Both the position numbers and the translations under genes were made by a program. A stretch of 64,000 nucleotides of DNA from Candidatus Latescibacterota bacterium. Its GTDB lineage: Bacteria; Latescibacterota; UBA2968; UBA8231. The notes under the pieces were generated by a model. That model was not told where the DNA came from. It made no database searches and saw nothing but the letters and a program-made list of their open reading frames with translations. Below, piece after piece: positions 1-10,061 of this stretch; within the stretch, counting starts at the first letter, position 1; every line of letters begins with the position of its first letter. The stretch is taken from contig CBDETY010000003.1 in assembly GCA_965243025.1 (NCBI GenBank), positions 4,576,001 through 4,640,000 on the forward strand. The letters run 5' to 3'.

Positions 1-1726
1 ACTGCGGGAAGTCGCGGGTGTCGCGCCGGAAGCTCAGCTCGAAGCTGCTCGTCGTCCGCGGGGCGTAGCGGCCCGAACTGCGCAGACCTTCGTCGAAGGT
101 ATCGCCGAAGTCGGTGTACTTCTCGTCCCTGAGCTGGTATCCGAAGCTGACCGAGGCGTTCGACGGGCGCTCGAGGCGCCTGCCGACCCGCATGCTCACC
201 GAGTTGCGCTTGAAGCTGAAGTCGTTGTAGTACTGCTGCTTCAGGGTGTACACGCGGAACGAGAAGCTGGTGGGGGTATCGAGCAGCCACGGCTCCGTGA
301 AGCCGACGAGGAACTGCTCGCGCCGGTACCCGAACTCCCAGCTGAAATCGAGGTTCTGGCCCTTGCCGCGGAAATTGGGGATCTGCAGTCCGATGGTTCC
401 GACCAGCTTGTCGCGGCCGCTGTACCCGGCCCCCATCGAGGCGGCCCCGGTGCGCTGCTCCTCCACCTCGAAAGCCAGATCGATGGTCCGGTCCCCTTCG
501 ATCGGGCTGACGTGATCGCGAACCTGGACGTCCTTGAAGTACCCGAGCATGTAGAGGCGCCGTTTGCTCTCCTCCATGGCGCTCTGCTTGTAGACCGCTC
601 CCGGGCGCAGCTGGATCTCGCGGCGCAGCACCTTCTCGCGGGTCCGGACGTTCCCCCTGACCTCGACGCGGCGAACCTTGAACGGCTCCCCCTCGTAGAT
701 CTGGAAATGGACGTCGATGCTGTCGTTGCGGGTGATCTCGCTCGGTATGACCTCGGTGTCGAGGTAGCCCTTCTCGAAGTAGGCGTTCTTGACGTTGTAG
801 GCGAGCTGGGGGGAGGGCATGCTGAAGACATCCCCCTCGCCCAGGCCGAGGTGGCCGCTCAGCTCGGATTCCTCGAACAGCTCGTTGCCGTTCCAGGTGA
901 CGGCGCCGACCCGGTACTTCGCCCCCTCCTCAATCTCGATGTCGATGAACAGGTCCTTGCGGGTGCTGTCGTAGTAGACGGTGTCGCGCAGGATGTGGGC
1001 CTGCTGGTACCCCTCGCTGCGGTAATAGGCGACCAGCTTCTGCTTGTCCTCCTCGAAGACCTCCGGCTTGAACTCACCCTTCCGCCACCAGCGGTTCTCC
1101 TTGGTCTCCATCTGCTTCTTCAGCTTGCCGTCGCCCAGGGCCTCGTTGCCGGCGAAGGTGACGGTCTTGATCCGCACCTTGTCCCCTTCGTCGATGTCGT
1201 ACTGAAGGTAGACCTTCCCCTCCTCGTCGGCGTCGAACACCCGGCCGGTCACCTCGGCCCGGAGATATCCCTTGTCCCTGTACATATCGAGGATTTTCTG
1301 ACGCCCCCGGGCGATGTCCCGCGGAGCCGTGACCTGGCCGATGACGAGGCCGAGGGCCTCCTTCATCTCCTTCTCCTTCAGCTCCTTGTGCCCCTTGAAG
1401 CGAATCCCCTCGAGAGCGGGGTACTCCGTCACCACGACGATGACCTTCACCCCTTCGGCGGTTTCCTGCCCCCATACCTGGATGTCTTCGAACACGTTGA
1501 GGCCCTGGAGCGACCGGATCGCCTCCTGGACGTTCTCCTGCGAAAGCTCCACCCCTTGCGCCAGCCCCAGGGTGGTGCGGATCAGGGACGGTGCGACGCG
1601 GCGCAGCTCGCCCCGTATCTCGACTTCCGAGATCGCGTTCTGGGCGCCCGCGGCGCCGGCAAAGGCGGCGGCGAGGACCGCGGCGACAGCCGGAACGAAG
1701 CGACGGAATGTGTGCATGGGATGCAT
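1..1726 (-). CDS. bamA: Outer membrane protein assembly factor BamA (partial, runs off the window start)
   Basis: Not in the ORF track; read manually. GGAGG RBS, then ATG at 1726: MHPMHTFRRFVPAVAAVLAAAFAGAAGAQ signal peptide, POTRA-like repeats (ISEVEIRG..., IKTVTFAGN..., RRVEVRGNVRTREKVLRREI), then barrel motifs (NFRGKGQ, FTEPW, RRDTRD). Confidence 0.93.
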   Translation of the reverse strand, partial: MHPMHTFRRFVPAVAAVLAAAFAGAAGAQNAISEVEIRGELRRVAPSLIRTTLGLAQGVELSQENVQEAIRSLQGLNVFEDIQVWGQETAEGVKVIVVVTEYPALEGIRFKGHKELKEKEMKEALGLVIGQVTAPRDIARGRQKILDMYRDKGYLRAEVTGRVFDADEEGKVYLQYDIDEGDKVRIKTVTFAGNEALGDGKLKKQMETKENRWWRKGEFKPEVFEEDKQKLVAYYRSEGYQQAHILRDTVYYDSTRKDLFIDIEIEEGAKYRVGAVTWNGNELFEESELSGHLGLGEGDVFSMPSPQLAYNVKNAYFEKGYLDTEVIPSEITRNDSIDVHFQIYEGEPFKVRRVEVRGNVRTREKVLRREIQLRPGAVYKQSAMEESKRRLYMLGYFKDVQVRDHVSPIEGDRTIDLAFEVEEQRTGAASMGAGYSGRDKLVGTIGLQIPNFRGKGQNLDFSWEFGYRREQFLVGFTEPWLLDTPTSFSFRVYTLKQQYYNDFSFKRNSVSMRVGRRLERPSNASVSFGYQLRDEKYTDFGDTFDEGLRSSGRYAPRTTSSFELSFRRDTRDFPQ

Positions 1727-1855
1727 GATACCTCCGAAGAAAGGGCGCCGGAATCCAAAAAGCCGTTCTATCCAGGGATGTTCGCTTCTGGACAAAACGG
1801 CTTATCGATGGCGCAAGCCGCAGCGCGGCCGTCAACAGCGCGGTCTGTTGCTGTC

Positions 1856-2018
1856 AGTGTCCCGTCGCAGAAATATCTCGACATTGGGATGCCGATCCAT
1901 CCCGGCTCACGGCGTTGCCCTCACTCGCCGTACACCTCGGTACGACTCGCTCGGGCGCCTTGTGAGCCGGGCGCCTCGGCATCCCAATTCTGTCAATCTA
2001 TCTCTGCGACGGGACACT
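1856..2018. mobile_element. MITE-like non-autonomous element / long nested inverted repeat (163 bp)
   Basis: Perfect 16-bp terminal inverted repeat AGTGTCCCGTCGCAGA (1856-1871 / 2003-2018), with inner stems ATTGGGATGCCGA/TCGGCATCCCAAT and CCCGGCTCAC/GTGAGCCGGG. A related end occurs at 62978. Confidence 0.7.
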
Positions 2019-4488
2019 ATCCCCCCTTGCCAGCGGACCTGCTCCCGGGTGCGACGACCTCGGCGTTTTCCCGTTCGTCGTCGAACACGAGGTCCTCACC
2101 CTTCTTGGTGACCCTGATGCGGCTGCCCTCGCTGAAGCGCCCCTGGAGGATCTCCTCGGCGAGCGGATCCTCCAGCAGCTTCTGGACCGTGCGCTTGAGG
2201 TAGCGGGCGCCGAAGGCCTGGTCGAACCCCTTCTCGGCGATCAGGTTCTTGGCCCCCGGGGTGATCCTGACGGCGATGCCCTGATGCCCGAGGCGCTCCT
2301 TGAACTCGCGAAGGGTGATGTCGACGATGGCGGCGATGTCCTCCTTGCGCAGGGCGTGGAAAACGACGGTGTCGTCGATGCGGTTCAGGAACTCCGGGTT
2401 GAAGGTCTTCTTCATCGCGTCGGTGATCTTGTTCTCCATCACCTGCTGGTAGCTGTCGGCATCCGACTTCTGGAAGCCGAGGACGCCGCCGGTGCCGACC
2501 TCGCGGCTGCCGACGTTGGAGGTCATGATCAGCACGGTGTTGCGGAAATCCACCTTGCGCCCGGTGCTGTCGGTAAGGCGCCCCTCGTCGAGGATCTGCA
2601 GGAGGATGTTGAAGACGTCGGGATGGGCCTTCTCGATCTCGTCGAGGAGCACCACCGAGTACGGGCGCCGCCGCACGCGCTCGGTCAGCTGACCCCCCTC
2701 GTCGAAGCCGACGTAACCGGGGGGCGCGCCGATCAGCCGCGACACCGAGAACTTCTCCATGTACTCCGACATGTCGACGGTGATCAGGGCCTCTTCGTCG
2801 CCGAACAGGAACTCGGCGAGCTTGGCGGCCAGGTAGGTCTTGCCCACCCCGGTGGGCCCCAGGAAAATGAAGGACCCGATGGGGCGCTTGGGGTCCTGGA
2901 GGCCGGCGCGGCTTCGGCGGATCGCCCTCGAAATGGTGCCGATCGCCTGCTCCTGTCCGACCACCATCTTCCTGAGCTCCCCTTCCATGGTCAGCAGCCG
3001 CTCGCTCTCGCTGGCCGCCAGCCGCTGGATCGGGACTCCCGAAACGCTGGAGATCACCTCGGCGATGTCGTCTTCGGTGACCTCGACGACCTCGCTTCTC
3101 ACCTCCTCTTCCCAGGCACGCCGTTTCTGCTGCAGGGATTCGCGCAGGCGGTGGGCCTCGTCGCGGAGGCGGGCGGCCTCCTCGAACTCCTGCTTCTCGG
3201 AGCACTCGAGCTTGCTGCGCTCGATCTCCTGGATCTTGGCCTCGAGCTTGCCGATCGCGTCGGGAGGGCTGAGCCGGGACAGGTGCACCCGGGACCCGGT
3301 CTCGTCGATGACATCGATCGCCTTGTCCGGCAGGTAGCGGTCGGAGATGTAGCGGTCGGCCTGGCGGACCGCGAAGGCGATGACCTCGTCGGAGAACTTG
3401 ACGTGATGGTGGGCTTCGTAGTTCGACCGCAGCCCCTTGACGATCTCGACCGTGTCCTCCACGGAGGGAGGGTCGACCATGATGCTCTGAAAGCGGCGTT
3501 CGAGGGCGCCGTCCTTCTCGATGTACTTGCGGTACTCGTCGAGGGTGGTGGCGCCGATGCACTGCAGCTCTCCCCGGGAGAGGGCCGGCTTGAACATGTT
3601 GGAGGCGTCGAGCGTGCCTTCGGCGCTGCCGGCCCCGACGATGGTGTGCAGCTCGTCGATGAAGATCACGACGTCGTGGTTCTGATGCAGCTCGTTGAGC
3701 ACCGCCTTGATGCGCTCCTCGAACTGGCCGCGGTACTTGGTGCCGGCGACGACGCCGCCCATGTCGAGGGTTACCAGGCGCTTGTCGAGCAGAATCTGGG
3801 GAACCCGCTTCTCGACGACCCGCTGGGCGAGGCCCTCGACGATGGCGGTCTTGCCGACCCCGGGGTCGCCGATGAGGATGGGGTTGTTCTTCTTGCGGCG
3901 GCTGAGGATCTGGGTGACGCGCTCGATCTCCTTTTCGCGGCCGATTACGGGATCGAGCTTGCCCTCGCGGGCGAGCTGCGTCAGGTCGCGGCCGAAGTGG
4001 TCGAGGAACGGGGTCTTGCTCTTCTTCCCTTTTTCCTTCTGGCTGCTCGACTTGCCCTCGAGCACCGCCACGGTCTCTTCCATGGCGGTCTTGAAGTCGA
4101 CGCCGAAGGCTGCCAGGATCTGCGCCGCCACCCCCTCCTTGTCCTTCAGGAGCGCGAGCAGGAGATGCTCGATGTCGACGAACTGCGTCTTCATCTCCTT
4201 GGCCTCGTTGGCGGCCACCTCGAGTATCTGCTTCGCCCTGGGAGTGAACGGCACCTCGCCGATGGTCATCGTGCCGCCGGAGGTGGCGACGTAGTCCTCT
4301 ACCGACTGCTTAACCGTATCGAGGTTCAGTCCGAGGTTGGTGAGAACCGTTACCGCCTTGCCCTTGCCTTCCTTGATGATGCCGAGCAGCAGGTGCTCGG
4401 TGCCGATGTAGTTGTGTCCGAGCCGCGCCGATTCCTCGCGGGCATACTGCATCACCCTCTTCACGCCATCCGTGAACATGTTGTTCAT
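2017..4488 (-). CDS. clpC: ATP-dependent Clp protease ATP-binding subunit ClpC
   Basis: Clp_N repeats, two AAA modules ([16 protein letters not shown]), UVR-type middle domain, LGF ClpP-binding loop; lies downstream of mcsA/mcsB. Confidence 0.97.
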   Translation of the reverse strand: MNNMFTDGVKRVMQYAREESARLGHNYIGTEHLLLGIIKEGKGKAVTVLTNLGLNLDTVKQSVEDYVATSGGTMTIGEVPFTPRAKQILEVAANEAKEMKTQFVDIEHLLLALLKDKEGVAAQILAAFGVDFKTAMEETVAVLEGKSSSQKEKGKKSKTPFLDHFGRDLTQLAREGKLDPVIGREKEIERVTQILSRRKKNNPILIGDPGVGKTAIVEGLAQRVVEKRVPQILLDKRLVTLDMGGVVAGTKYRGQFEERIKAVLNELHQNHDVVIFIDELHTIVGAGSAEGTLDASNMFKPALSRGELQCIGATTLDEYRKYIEKDGALERRFQSIMVDPPSVEDTVEIVKGLRSNYEAHHHVKFSDEVIAFAVRQADRYISDRYLPDKAIDVIDETGSRVHLSRLSPPDAIGKLEAKIQEIERSKLECSEKQEFEEAARLRDEAHRLRESLQQKRRAWEEEVRSEVVEVTEDDIAEVISSVSGVPIQRLAASESERLLTMEGELRKMVVGQEQAIGTISRAIRRSRAGLQDPKRPIGSFIFLGPTGVGKTYLAAKLAEFLFGDEEALITVDMSEYMEKFSVSRLIGAPPGYVGFDEGGQLTERVRRRPYSVVLLDEIEKAHPDVFNILLQILDEGRLTDSTGRKVDFRNTVLIMTSNVGSREVGTGGVLGFQKSDADSYQQVMENKITDAMKKTFNPEFLNRIDDTVVFHALRKEDIAAIVDITLREFKERLGHQGIAVRITPGAKNLIAEKGFDQAFGARYLKRTVQKLLEDPLAEEILQGRFSEGSRIRVTKKGEDLVFDDERENAEVVAPGSRSAGKGG

Positions 4489-4522
4489 TTACAACCTCCT
4501 ACACTCTTTCTCCTGTTTTTCG

Positions 4523-4551
4523 AAGCTAGCAATCCGATATTTGCCTGTCAA
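4523..4551 (-). promoter_or_regulatory. sigma70-type internal promoter for clpC
   Basis: Minus strand reads TTGACA-N17-TAGCTT, about 35 nt upstream of the clpC ATG; GGAGG RBS present. Confidence 0.7.
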
Positions 4552-4569
4552 GCAGGGCCGCCCCCGGGG

Positions 4570-5637
4570 CTAGCGCTGTTCGGCGGCTGATTCCGTGAGC
4601 TTCCTGCGCACCATTTCCGCCCGCCGGACATCCCTTTCGTCCGGCTCCAGGGCCCTTCCGGCAGCGGCCTGCAGGTGCGACGGCTGGGTGACGACCATCA
4701 GCTGGTTCAGGAACCTCGGGGTCACCTCCCGGACCAGGCCGGTGCTGTAGCCGAGCCGCACCGCCGACAGCAGGTTCATGAACTCCTGGCTGCTCAGCAC
4801 CCGCGCCTGAGACAGCAAGCCGTACGCCCGCCACACCTTGTCCTCGATCCGGGAGCGCGCTTCCTGGAGCAGCGTCTCCTGGGCGTTGCGTTCGAACTCG
4901 ACCACCTGCCCGGCCAGGCGCAGCAGCTCGGCGACGATCTTCTCCTCCCCCGAGCCCAGCGTCGACTGGTTGGAAAGCTGAAACAGGTTGCCGGCGGGAT
5001 TGCTGCCTTCCCCGTACACCCCCCTGACGGCGAAGGACAGCTGGTTCAGTCCCTGGACCACCCTCTCCATGTCCTCGGTCAACACCAGTCCGGGAAGGTG
5101 AACCAGCACCGACATGCGAAGCCCCGTCCCCGTGTTCGTGGGGCAGGCGGTCAGAAAGCCGAGGTCCGGCGAAAAGGCGTACTCGAGAGACCGGCTGAGC
5201 CCGTCGTCGAGAGCGTTTGCCGCGGACCAGGCGCCGGTCGCGTCGAGGCCGGGGAAGATCGCCTGCAGGCGCAGGTGGTCCTCCTCGTTCATCATGACGC
5301 TGAGCGACTCCTCGGGATTGAACAGAACCCCGCGCTGCCCCTTGCCGCCGGCGAGGGCGGGGCTGATCAGGTGCCGTTCCACCAGCACCCTGCGCTCGTT
5401 CCCGTCGAGGGCGCTCATGTCGTAGTAGGAGGAGCCGTCCATCGGCGGGCAGCCTTTTGCGGCCGCCAGGACCTTCTCGACAACCCCGTCGCGCCCGGCA
5501 TCGGTGATCCTGGTCTCGAAGGGAAACCCGGCGATATTGCGGGCCAGCCTGGCCCGGCAGCTGACGACGATTCCGTCCTCGTCGCCGGCGCCGCTCTGCC
5601 AGACCGGCATCGACTGGATAAGGGTGTCGAAGTTCAC
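4570..5637 (-). CDS. mcsB: Protein arginine kinase McsB
   Basis: ATP:guanido phosphotransferase motifs (RARLARN, NEEDHLR, LTACPTNTGTGLRMSV, FQLSNQ). GTG start at 5637 overlaps the mcsA TGA (GTGA). Confidence 0.95.
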   Translation of the reverse strand: MNFDTLIQSMPVWQSGAGDEDGIVVSCRARLARNIAGFPFETRITDAGRDGVVEKVLAAAKGCPPMDGSSYYDMSALDGNERRVLVERHLISPALAGGKGQRGVLFNPEESLSVMMNEEDHLRLQAIFPGLDATGAWSAANALDDGLSRSLEYAFSPDLGFLTACPTNTGTGLRMSVLVHLPGLVLTEDMERVVQGLNQLSFAVRGVYGEGSNPAGNLFQLSNQSTLGSGEEKIVAELLRLAGQVVEFERNAQETLLQEARSRIEDKVWRAYGLLSQARVLSSQEFMNLLSAVRLGYSTGLVREVTPRFLNQLMVVTQPSHLQAAAGRALEPDERDVRRAEMVRRKLTESAAEQR

Positions 5638-6236
5638 GGTTCCCGCCCGCCGGCCTCGCCGCCGGACGCCCCGGTTTCTTCCGACGCCTCGAGCTGGGCG
5701 ATCCGGTCCCTGATGGCGGCGGCCTTCTCGTACGCCTCCTCGGCGACCGCCTGGCGCAGCGCCTCCTTCAGCTTCTGCCATTCGTCTCCGGACCGGAACT
5801 CCGGGGAGGAAGGGCGCGGCCCCTTGCCCTCGTGGCGCACGGCGCCGTGAATGCGCTTGAACAGGCGCTCGAGCTGGGAAGAAAACGCCGAGTAGCAGCC
5901 CCCGCAGCCGAGGCGGCCGACCTTGCGGAAGTCCTTGTAGGTCATTCCGCACTCGCCGCATTCCACCTGCTCGGTGGACTCCGACAGCGACAGGTGGCCG
6001 ACAACCACGTTGATCTGTTTCGCAGCCGGCTTCTTCGGCGGGGAGTCCGGCTTGGCCTCCGGCCCGCCGGCGGCGGAGGGCGCGGGCGTTTCCGGGGACC
6101 CTTCCTCGAACTTGCGGGCGCGCTGCCCGGCGCAGCGGGAGCACAGGCGGAGGGTGCGCTTCTCGTTGCCGCGGATATGCCTGAACAGGATGGTCGCCTC
6201 GCGCTCCTGGCAGGACTGACAGACTGGGGGGCTCAC
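5634..6236 (-). CDS. mcsA: McsA (zinc-binding, UVR domain) activator of McsB
   Basis: Four CXXC motifs (CQSC, CSRC, CGEC, CGGC), GRLGC motif, C-terminal UVR coiled coil (EEAYEKAAAIRDRI). Confidence 0.93.
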   Translation of the reverse strand: MSPPVCQSCQEREATILFRHIRGNEKRTLRLCSRCAGQRARKFEEGSPETPAPSAAGGPEAKPDSPPKKPAAKQINVVVGHLSLSESTEQVECGECGMTYKDFRKVGRLGCGGCYSAFSSQLERLFKRIHGAVRHEGKGPRPSSPEFRSGDEWQKLKEALRQAVAEEAYEKAAAIRDRIAQLEASEETGASGGEAGGREP

Positions 6237-6252
6237 GGTTGCGCTTCCGGGA

Positions 6253-6945
6253 TCAGTTCAGGTGGAGGACGCCGCCCTCGATGCTGCCGCTGCGGTCCAG
6301 GGCGCCGGCGAGGCGCTGGTCGTGGGTCATGACCACGAAGGTCTGGCCCTCGGCGCGAGCCAGCTCTCTCATCATCCCGTGCAGGGTTTGGCTGGCGGCG
6401 GTGTCGAGATTCCCCGACGGCTCGTCGGCGAGCACCACCGAAGGGGTGCGGATCAGCGCGCGCGCCACGGCGACCCGCTGGCACTCGCCGCCGGACAGCT
6501 CTCCCGGCCTGTGTTGCAGGCGCTGCTCGAGCCCGACCCGGCCGAGCAGGTCGACGGCGCGGCGGCGCACCCCCTGTTCCGCCCCGGCGGCGATCAGCCC
6601 GGGCAGCATCACGTTCTCGAGGGCGGTGAACTCGGGCAGCAGATTGTGGAACTGGAACACGAAGCCGATGTTGCGGTTGCGGAAGTCGGACAGCTCGTCC
6701 CCGCCGAGCCCGAGGACGTCGACGGACTCGATCTCCAGCTCTCCGGCGGTGGGCCGGTCCAGGGTCCCGAGGATATGGAGCAAGGTGCTCTTGCCTACAC
6801 CGGAGGCCCCGGTGATCGCCAGCATCTCTCCGCGCGCCACCTCGAGATCGATCTCCTTCAGCACCCGCAGCTCGCCGCCTCCGGAAACGAAGCTCTTGCT
6901 GATGCCGCGGGCGCGCAGCGCTACCTCACTGGAGGGAACGTCCAT
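6253..6945 (-). CDS. lolD: Lipoprotein-releasing ABC transporter ATP-binding protein LolD
   Basis: GASGVGKST, FVFQFHNLLPEFTALENV, LSGGECQR, ADEPSGNLD; follows a lolC/E gene. Start trimmed to ATG 6945. Confidence 0.92.
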   Translation of the reverse strand: MDVPSSEVALRARGISKSFVSGGGELRVLKEIDLEVARGEMLAITGASGVGKSTLLHILGTLDRPTAGELEIESVDVLGLGGDELSDFRNRNIGFVFQFHNLLPEFTALENVMLPGLIAAGAEQGVRRRAVDLLGRVGLEQRLQHRPGELSGGECQRVAVARALIRTPSVVLADEPSGNLDTAASQTLHGMMRELARAEGQTFVVMTHDQRLAGALDRSGSIEGGVLHLN

Positions 6946-6950
6946 GGTTC

Positions 6951-8198
6951 TCAGGCGATGTGGCGAATGGCGTCGACCGGCTGCAGGGACGCGGCCCGGC
7001 GCGCGGGGAACGCGGAGGCCAGCAGGCAGATTCCCAGGCTGACCGCCGACACCACGACGAAGTCCGGCCACTGCATGTCGACCGGCAGCGAGCTGATGAT
7101 GTAGATGTTGCTCGGGATGGAGATGATCTCGAAGCGGCCCTGCACCCAGCAGACGGCGAAGCCGCACAGGCAGCCGAGGGCGGTGCCGAAGCCGCCTATG
7201 GCGGCCCCCTGGTAGATGAAGATGCGGCGTATGCCCCCGGTCCGCGCCCCCATGGCGCGCAGAATCCCGATCTCCGGGGTCTTGATCAGAATCGACATGC
7301 TGAGAATCGACATGATGTTGAAAGCGGCGACGACGATGATCAGGCTGAGGGCGATGAAGATCACCCACTTCTCGAGCTCCATCCACTCGAACAGCTCGGG
7401 AAAGCGCTGGGTCCAGTCCGTCAGCCGGTAGGGATAGCCGAGGTCCGCTTCGAGGCGGCGGCGAATTTCGCTCGCCTCGTCGAGGTCGGCGACGCGCAGG
7501 TGCACGTTGGTGACCGCTTCCCCGGTGTCGAGGACGCGCCGCGCCTCGTCGAGGGAGATGAACCCGAAGTTGTCGTCGTAGTGGTACATGCCGCTCTCGA
7601 ACAGGTCGGTCACCACGAACGGGTCGAGGCGGGGGGTGATGCCGCGCAGCAGGTCGTCCCGCTCCATTCCCCTGACCGTCATCAGCAGCACCTGGTCGCC
7701 GATCCCCACCCGCAGGCGCGCCGCGAGGTGGCGGCCGAGGACGATACCCGGATGCCTGTTTCCCGGCAGAACGCCGAGGCGCAGCTCGCCGCGGCTGTCG
7801 TACAGGTGCCCGGGGAGGTCGGAGACGCGGGGGAAACTCTCCGGATCGATCCCCCAGAGGAACAGCCCGTCCATCTCCTTTTCGCCGGCGACCACCACCT
7901 TGCCCTCGATCACCGGCGCCGCCGCGACCACCCCCTCCTCGCCCGAGGCGCGTTCGATAACCTCCTCGAACGCGGGAATCGGGTCTCCGTAGAAGCGGTG
8001 GATGGAGACGTGCGCGTTCATCCCGATCAGCCGGTTCCTCACCTCGCCGGAGAAACCGTTGGTGACCGAGAGCATGATTACGAGGGCGGCCACCCCGAGG
8101 ATGACCCCGCCCACGGCGATGAAGGCGACCACCGATATGAACCCGGTGCGCTGCTTGGACTGCAGGTAGCGCTTCGCTATGAAGAACTCGTACCGCAT
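6951..8198 (-). CDS. lolE: Lipoprotein-releasing ABC transporter permease LolC/E
   Basis: FIAKRYL N-terminus, GVAALVIMLSVTNGF, FtsX-type C-terminus (EIGILRAMGA, FPARRAASLQPVDAIR). Confidence 0.92.
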   Translation of the reverse strand: MRYEFFIAKRYLQSKQRTGFISVVAFIAVGGVILGVAALVIMLSVTNGFSGEVRNRLIGMNAHVSIHRFYGDPIPAFEEVIERASGEEGVVAAAPVIEGKVVVAGEKEMDGLFLWGIDPESFPRVSDLPGHLYDSRGELRLGVLPGNRHPGIVLGRHLAARLRVGIGDQVLLMTVRGMERDDLLRGITPRLDPFVVTDLFESGMYHYDDNFGFISLDEARRVLDTGEAVTNVHLRVADLDEASEIRRRLEADLGYPYRLTDWTQRFPELFEWMELEKWVIFIALSLIIVVAAFNIMSILSMSILIKTPEIGILRAMGARTGGIRRIFIYQGAAIGGFGTALGCLCGFAVCWVQGRFEIISIPSNIYIISSLPVDMQWPDFVVVSAVSLGICLLASAFPARRAASLQPVDAIRHIA

Positions 8199-8301
8199 CC
8201 GGTGCCCAGGTCCCCGCCCCCAGGGGCGATCACGCCTTCTGCGGCCGCGTCGAATCCGATGGAAATCCCCGCGCCTTTCGAACTGGATGTCGACAGTTTC
8301 G

Positions 8302-9409
8302 TCAATTCGACACCAACCGGGATGTTTCCATCAGGTACGCCCTGATGAAGTCGTCGAGCTGACCGTCCATCACCGCCTGCACGTTGCCGGTCTCGTGCCC
8401 GGTGCGGTGGTCCTTGACGAGGTTGTACGGGTGGAGGACGTAGCTGCGGATCTGGCTGCCGAACTCGATGCTCTTCTTGGTGCTCTCGACCGCTTCCTGC
8501 TTCTTCTCCTCCTCCTCCTTGAAGTGCTGGTAGACCCGCGCCGTCAGCACCTTCAGGGCGGTCGCCTTGTTCTTGAACTGGGAGCGCTCGTTCTGGCACT
8601 GGACGGAGATCCCGGTCGGCAGGTGGGTGAGCCTGACCGCGGAGGAGGTCTTGTTGACGTGCTGGCCTCCGGCCCCGCCGGCGCGGAAGGTCTCGTACTG
8701 GAGCTCGTCCTCCCTGAGCTCGACGTTGGGGATCTCGTCGACCTCGGGGTAGACGAAGATCGACGCGAACGAGGTGTGGCGGCGCTTGTTGGCGTCGAAC
8801 GGGGAGATGCGCACGAGACGGTGAACCCCGGCCTCGGCCTTGAGGTACCCGTAGGCGTACTTGCCCGTGACCTCGATGGTCGCCCCCTTGATGCCGGCTT
8901 CCTCGGCCGGCTGCAGGTCCATGACCTGGCCCTGGAAGCCGCTGCGCTCGATCCACCGGCTGTACATCCGCATCAGCATCTCGGCCCAGTCGGCGGCCTC
9001 GGTGCCGCCGGCGCCGGAGTGCACGACGACGATGGCGTCCTTGGAGTCATCCGGGTCGTCGAGCATGTTGCGCAGCTCGAGATCCTCGAGCCGCACCACC
9101 AGGGTCCGGGCCTCCTGCTCGAACTCGGCCAGGGCCTCGCCGTCCCCTTCGGCGGCGGCCAGCTCGTGCAGCTCGGAGAGGTCGCTCAGCTGCCGGTCGA
9201 GCTCCTCCCACGGCTTGAGCCGGTCCACGATGTCGCGGGACTGCCGGGTGATGGCCTCGGCCTTCTTCCGGTCGCTCCAGAAGTCGCCGCGGGCCATCTC
9301 CGCCTCGATTACGGCGAGCTGCCGCTTCTTGTTGTCGAAGTCAAAGATACCCCCGCAGCCGTTCCATCCGTTCCCTGCTCCCAGTCAGGATTTCCTCCAG
9401 GCCTGGCAT
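8302..9409 (-). CDS. prfB: Peptide chain release factor 2 (programmed +1 frameshift after codon 22)
   Basis: SPF and GGQ motifs. Upstream frame MPGLEEILTGSRERMERLRGYL (ATG 9409) ends in CTT TGA C at 9346-9340; the main frame resumes at GAC 9342. Confidence 0.97.
9340..9355 (-). other. RF2 +1 frameshift cassette
   Basis: Minus strand CGGGGG-TAT-CTT-TGA-C: internal SD-like element, 3-nt spacer and slippery CTTTGAC. Confidence 0.95.
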
Positions 9410-9546
9410 GTCGCTTCTCCCTTGTGAATGCGGTGAACGCCCCTTTAACGGAAGCACCGGTCACGGGGGCAGTTCCCCGAAACCGGCAATTGGCCGGGCG
9501 GGCGGGGCAGCGGCGATTCCCGAAATCGGGCGGCGCCGCCGCCCGG

Positions 9547-10053
9547 CTATTCCTGGTAGCGGTCGAAGAGGAGCCTCACGGCGTCGCGGTCGCGCGGGAT
9601 TTCGAACAACAGGTCCCCCGCGAACGCGTCGTCCCTGTCGAGGCGGAACTCGTCCCCGCGCTCGATGAACAGCGGCGATCTCGACAGCGGGTAGTGCAGG
9701 AGATCGGCGCTGTCGACCAGCCGGAAACACCGCGGCACGATCGGGTAGCCGATCTTCATTCTCGCCTGCATGCGCAAGGTCACCAGGACGAACTTGTCGC
9801 CCTCGTCCGGCTCCCCTTTGAAAAAATGAAAGTAGCGGACGCCGTCCTCGGGGACTTCCCACACGATCGGATTCTTCACCCGCTCCAACAGGTCCGGCAG
9901 CACCTCGAGCTTCTCGGTGGATCCACCGGTGAAGCGGATCGCCAGGTAGAGGGGCACAAAGACCGCGCAGGACATCAGCACGATGCGGTTCAAGGTCCGG
10001 TAGCGAGGACTCCGGAGTCCCTTGCCGCTCCCCCTGGTCATTGCCGGTCTCAT
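9547..10053 (-). CDS. Membrane-anchored hypothetical protein (DUF4352-like Ig fold)
   Basis: One N-terminal TM helix, then P..GDKFVLVTL..F.LVDS....Y..GDLLFEIP, a pattern resembling DUF4352. Confidence 0.6.
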   Translation of the reverse strand: MRPAMTRGSGKGLRSPRYRTLNRIVLMSCAVFVPLYLAIRFTGGSTEKLEVLPDLLERVKNPIVWEVPEDGVRYFHFFKGEPDEGDKFVLVTLRMQARMKIGYPIVPRCFRLVDSADLLHYPLSRSPLFIERGDEFRLDRDDAFAGDLLFEIPRDRDAVRLLFDRYQE

Positions 10054-10061
10054 GCGGAACC

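Noticed and set aside
1856-2018. Long hairpin considered as 6S RNA
   Set aside because: Perfect TIRs, no large central bubble and a related copy at 62978 favour a MITE-like repeat. Not formally excluded without an Rfam scan.
512-4590. Long + strand ORFs (512-2203, 2284-4590) and similar antisense or off-frame ORFs throughout (e.g. 12754-15093, 15163-17589, 61354-62940)
   Set aside because: Shadow frames of real high-GC genes; no motifs, and the composition mirrors codon bias.
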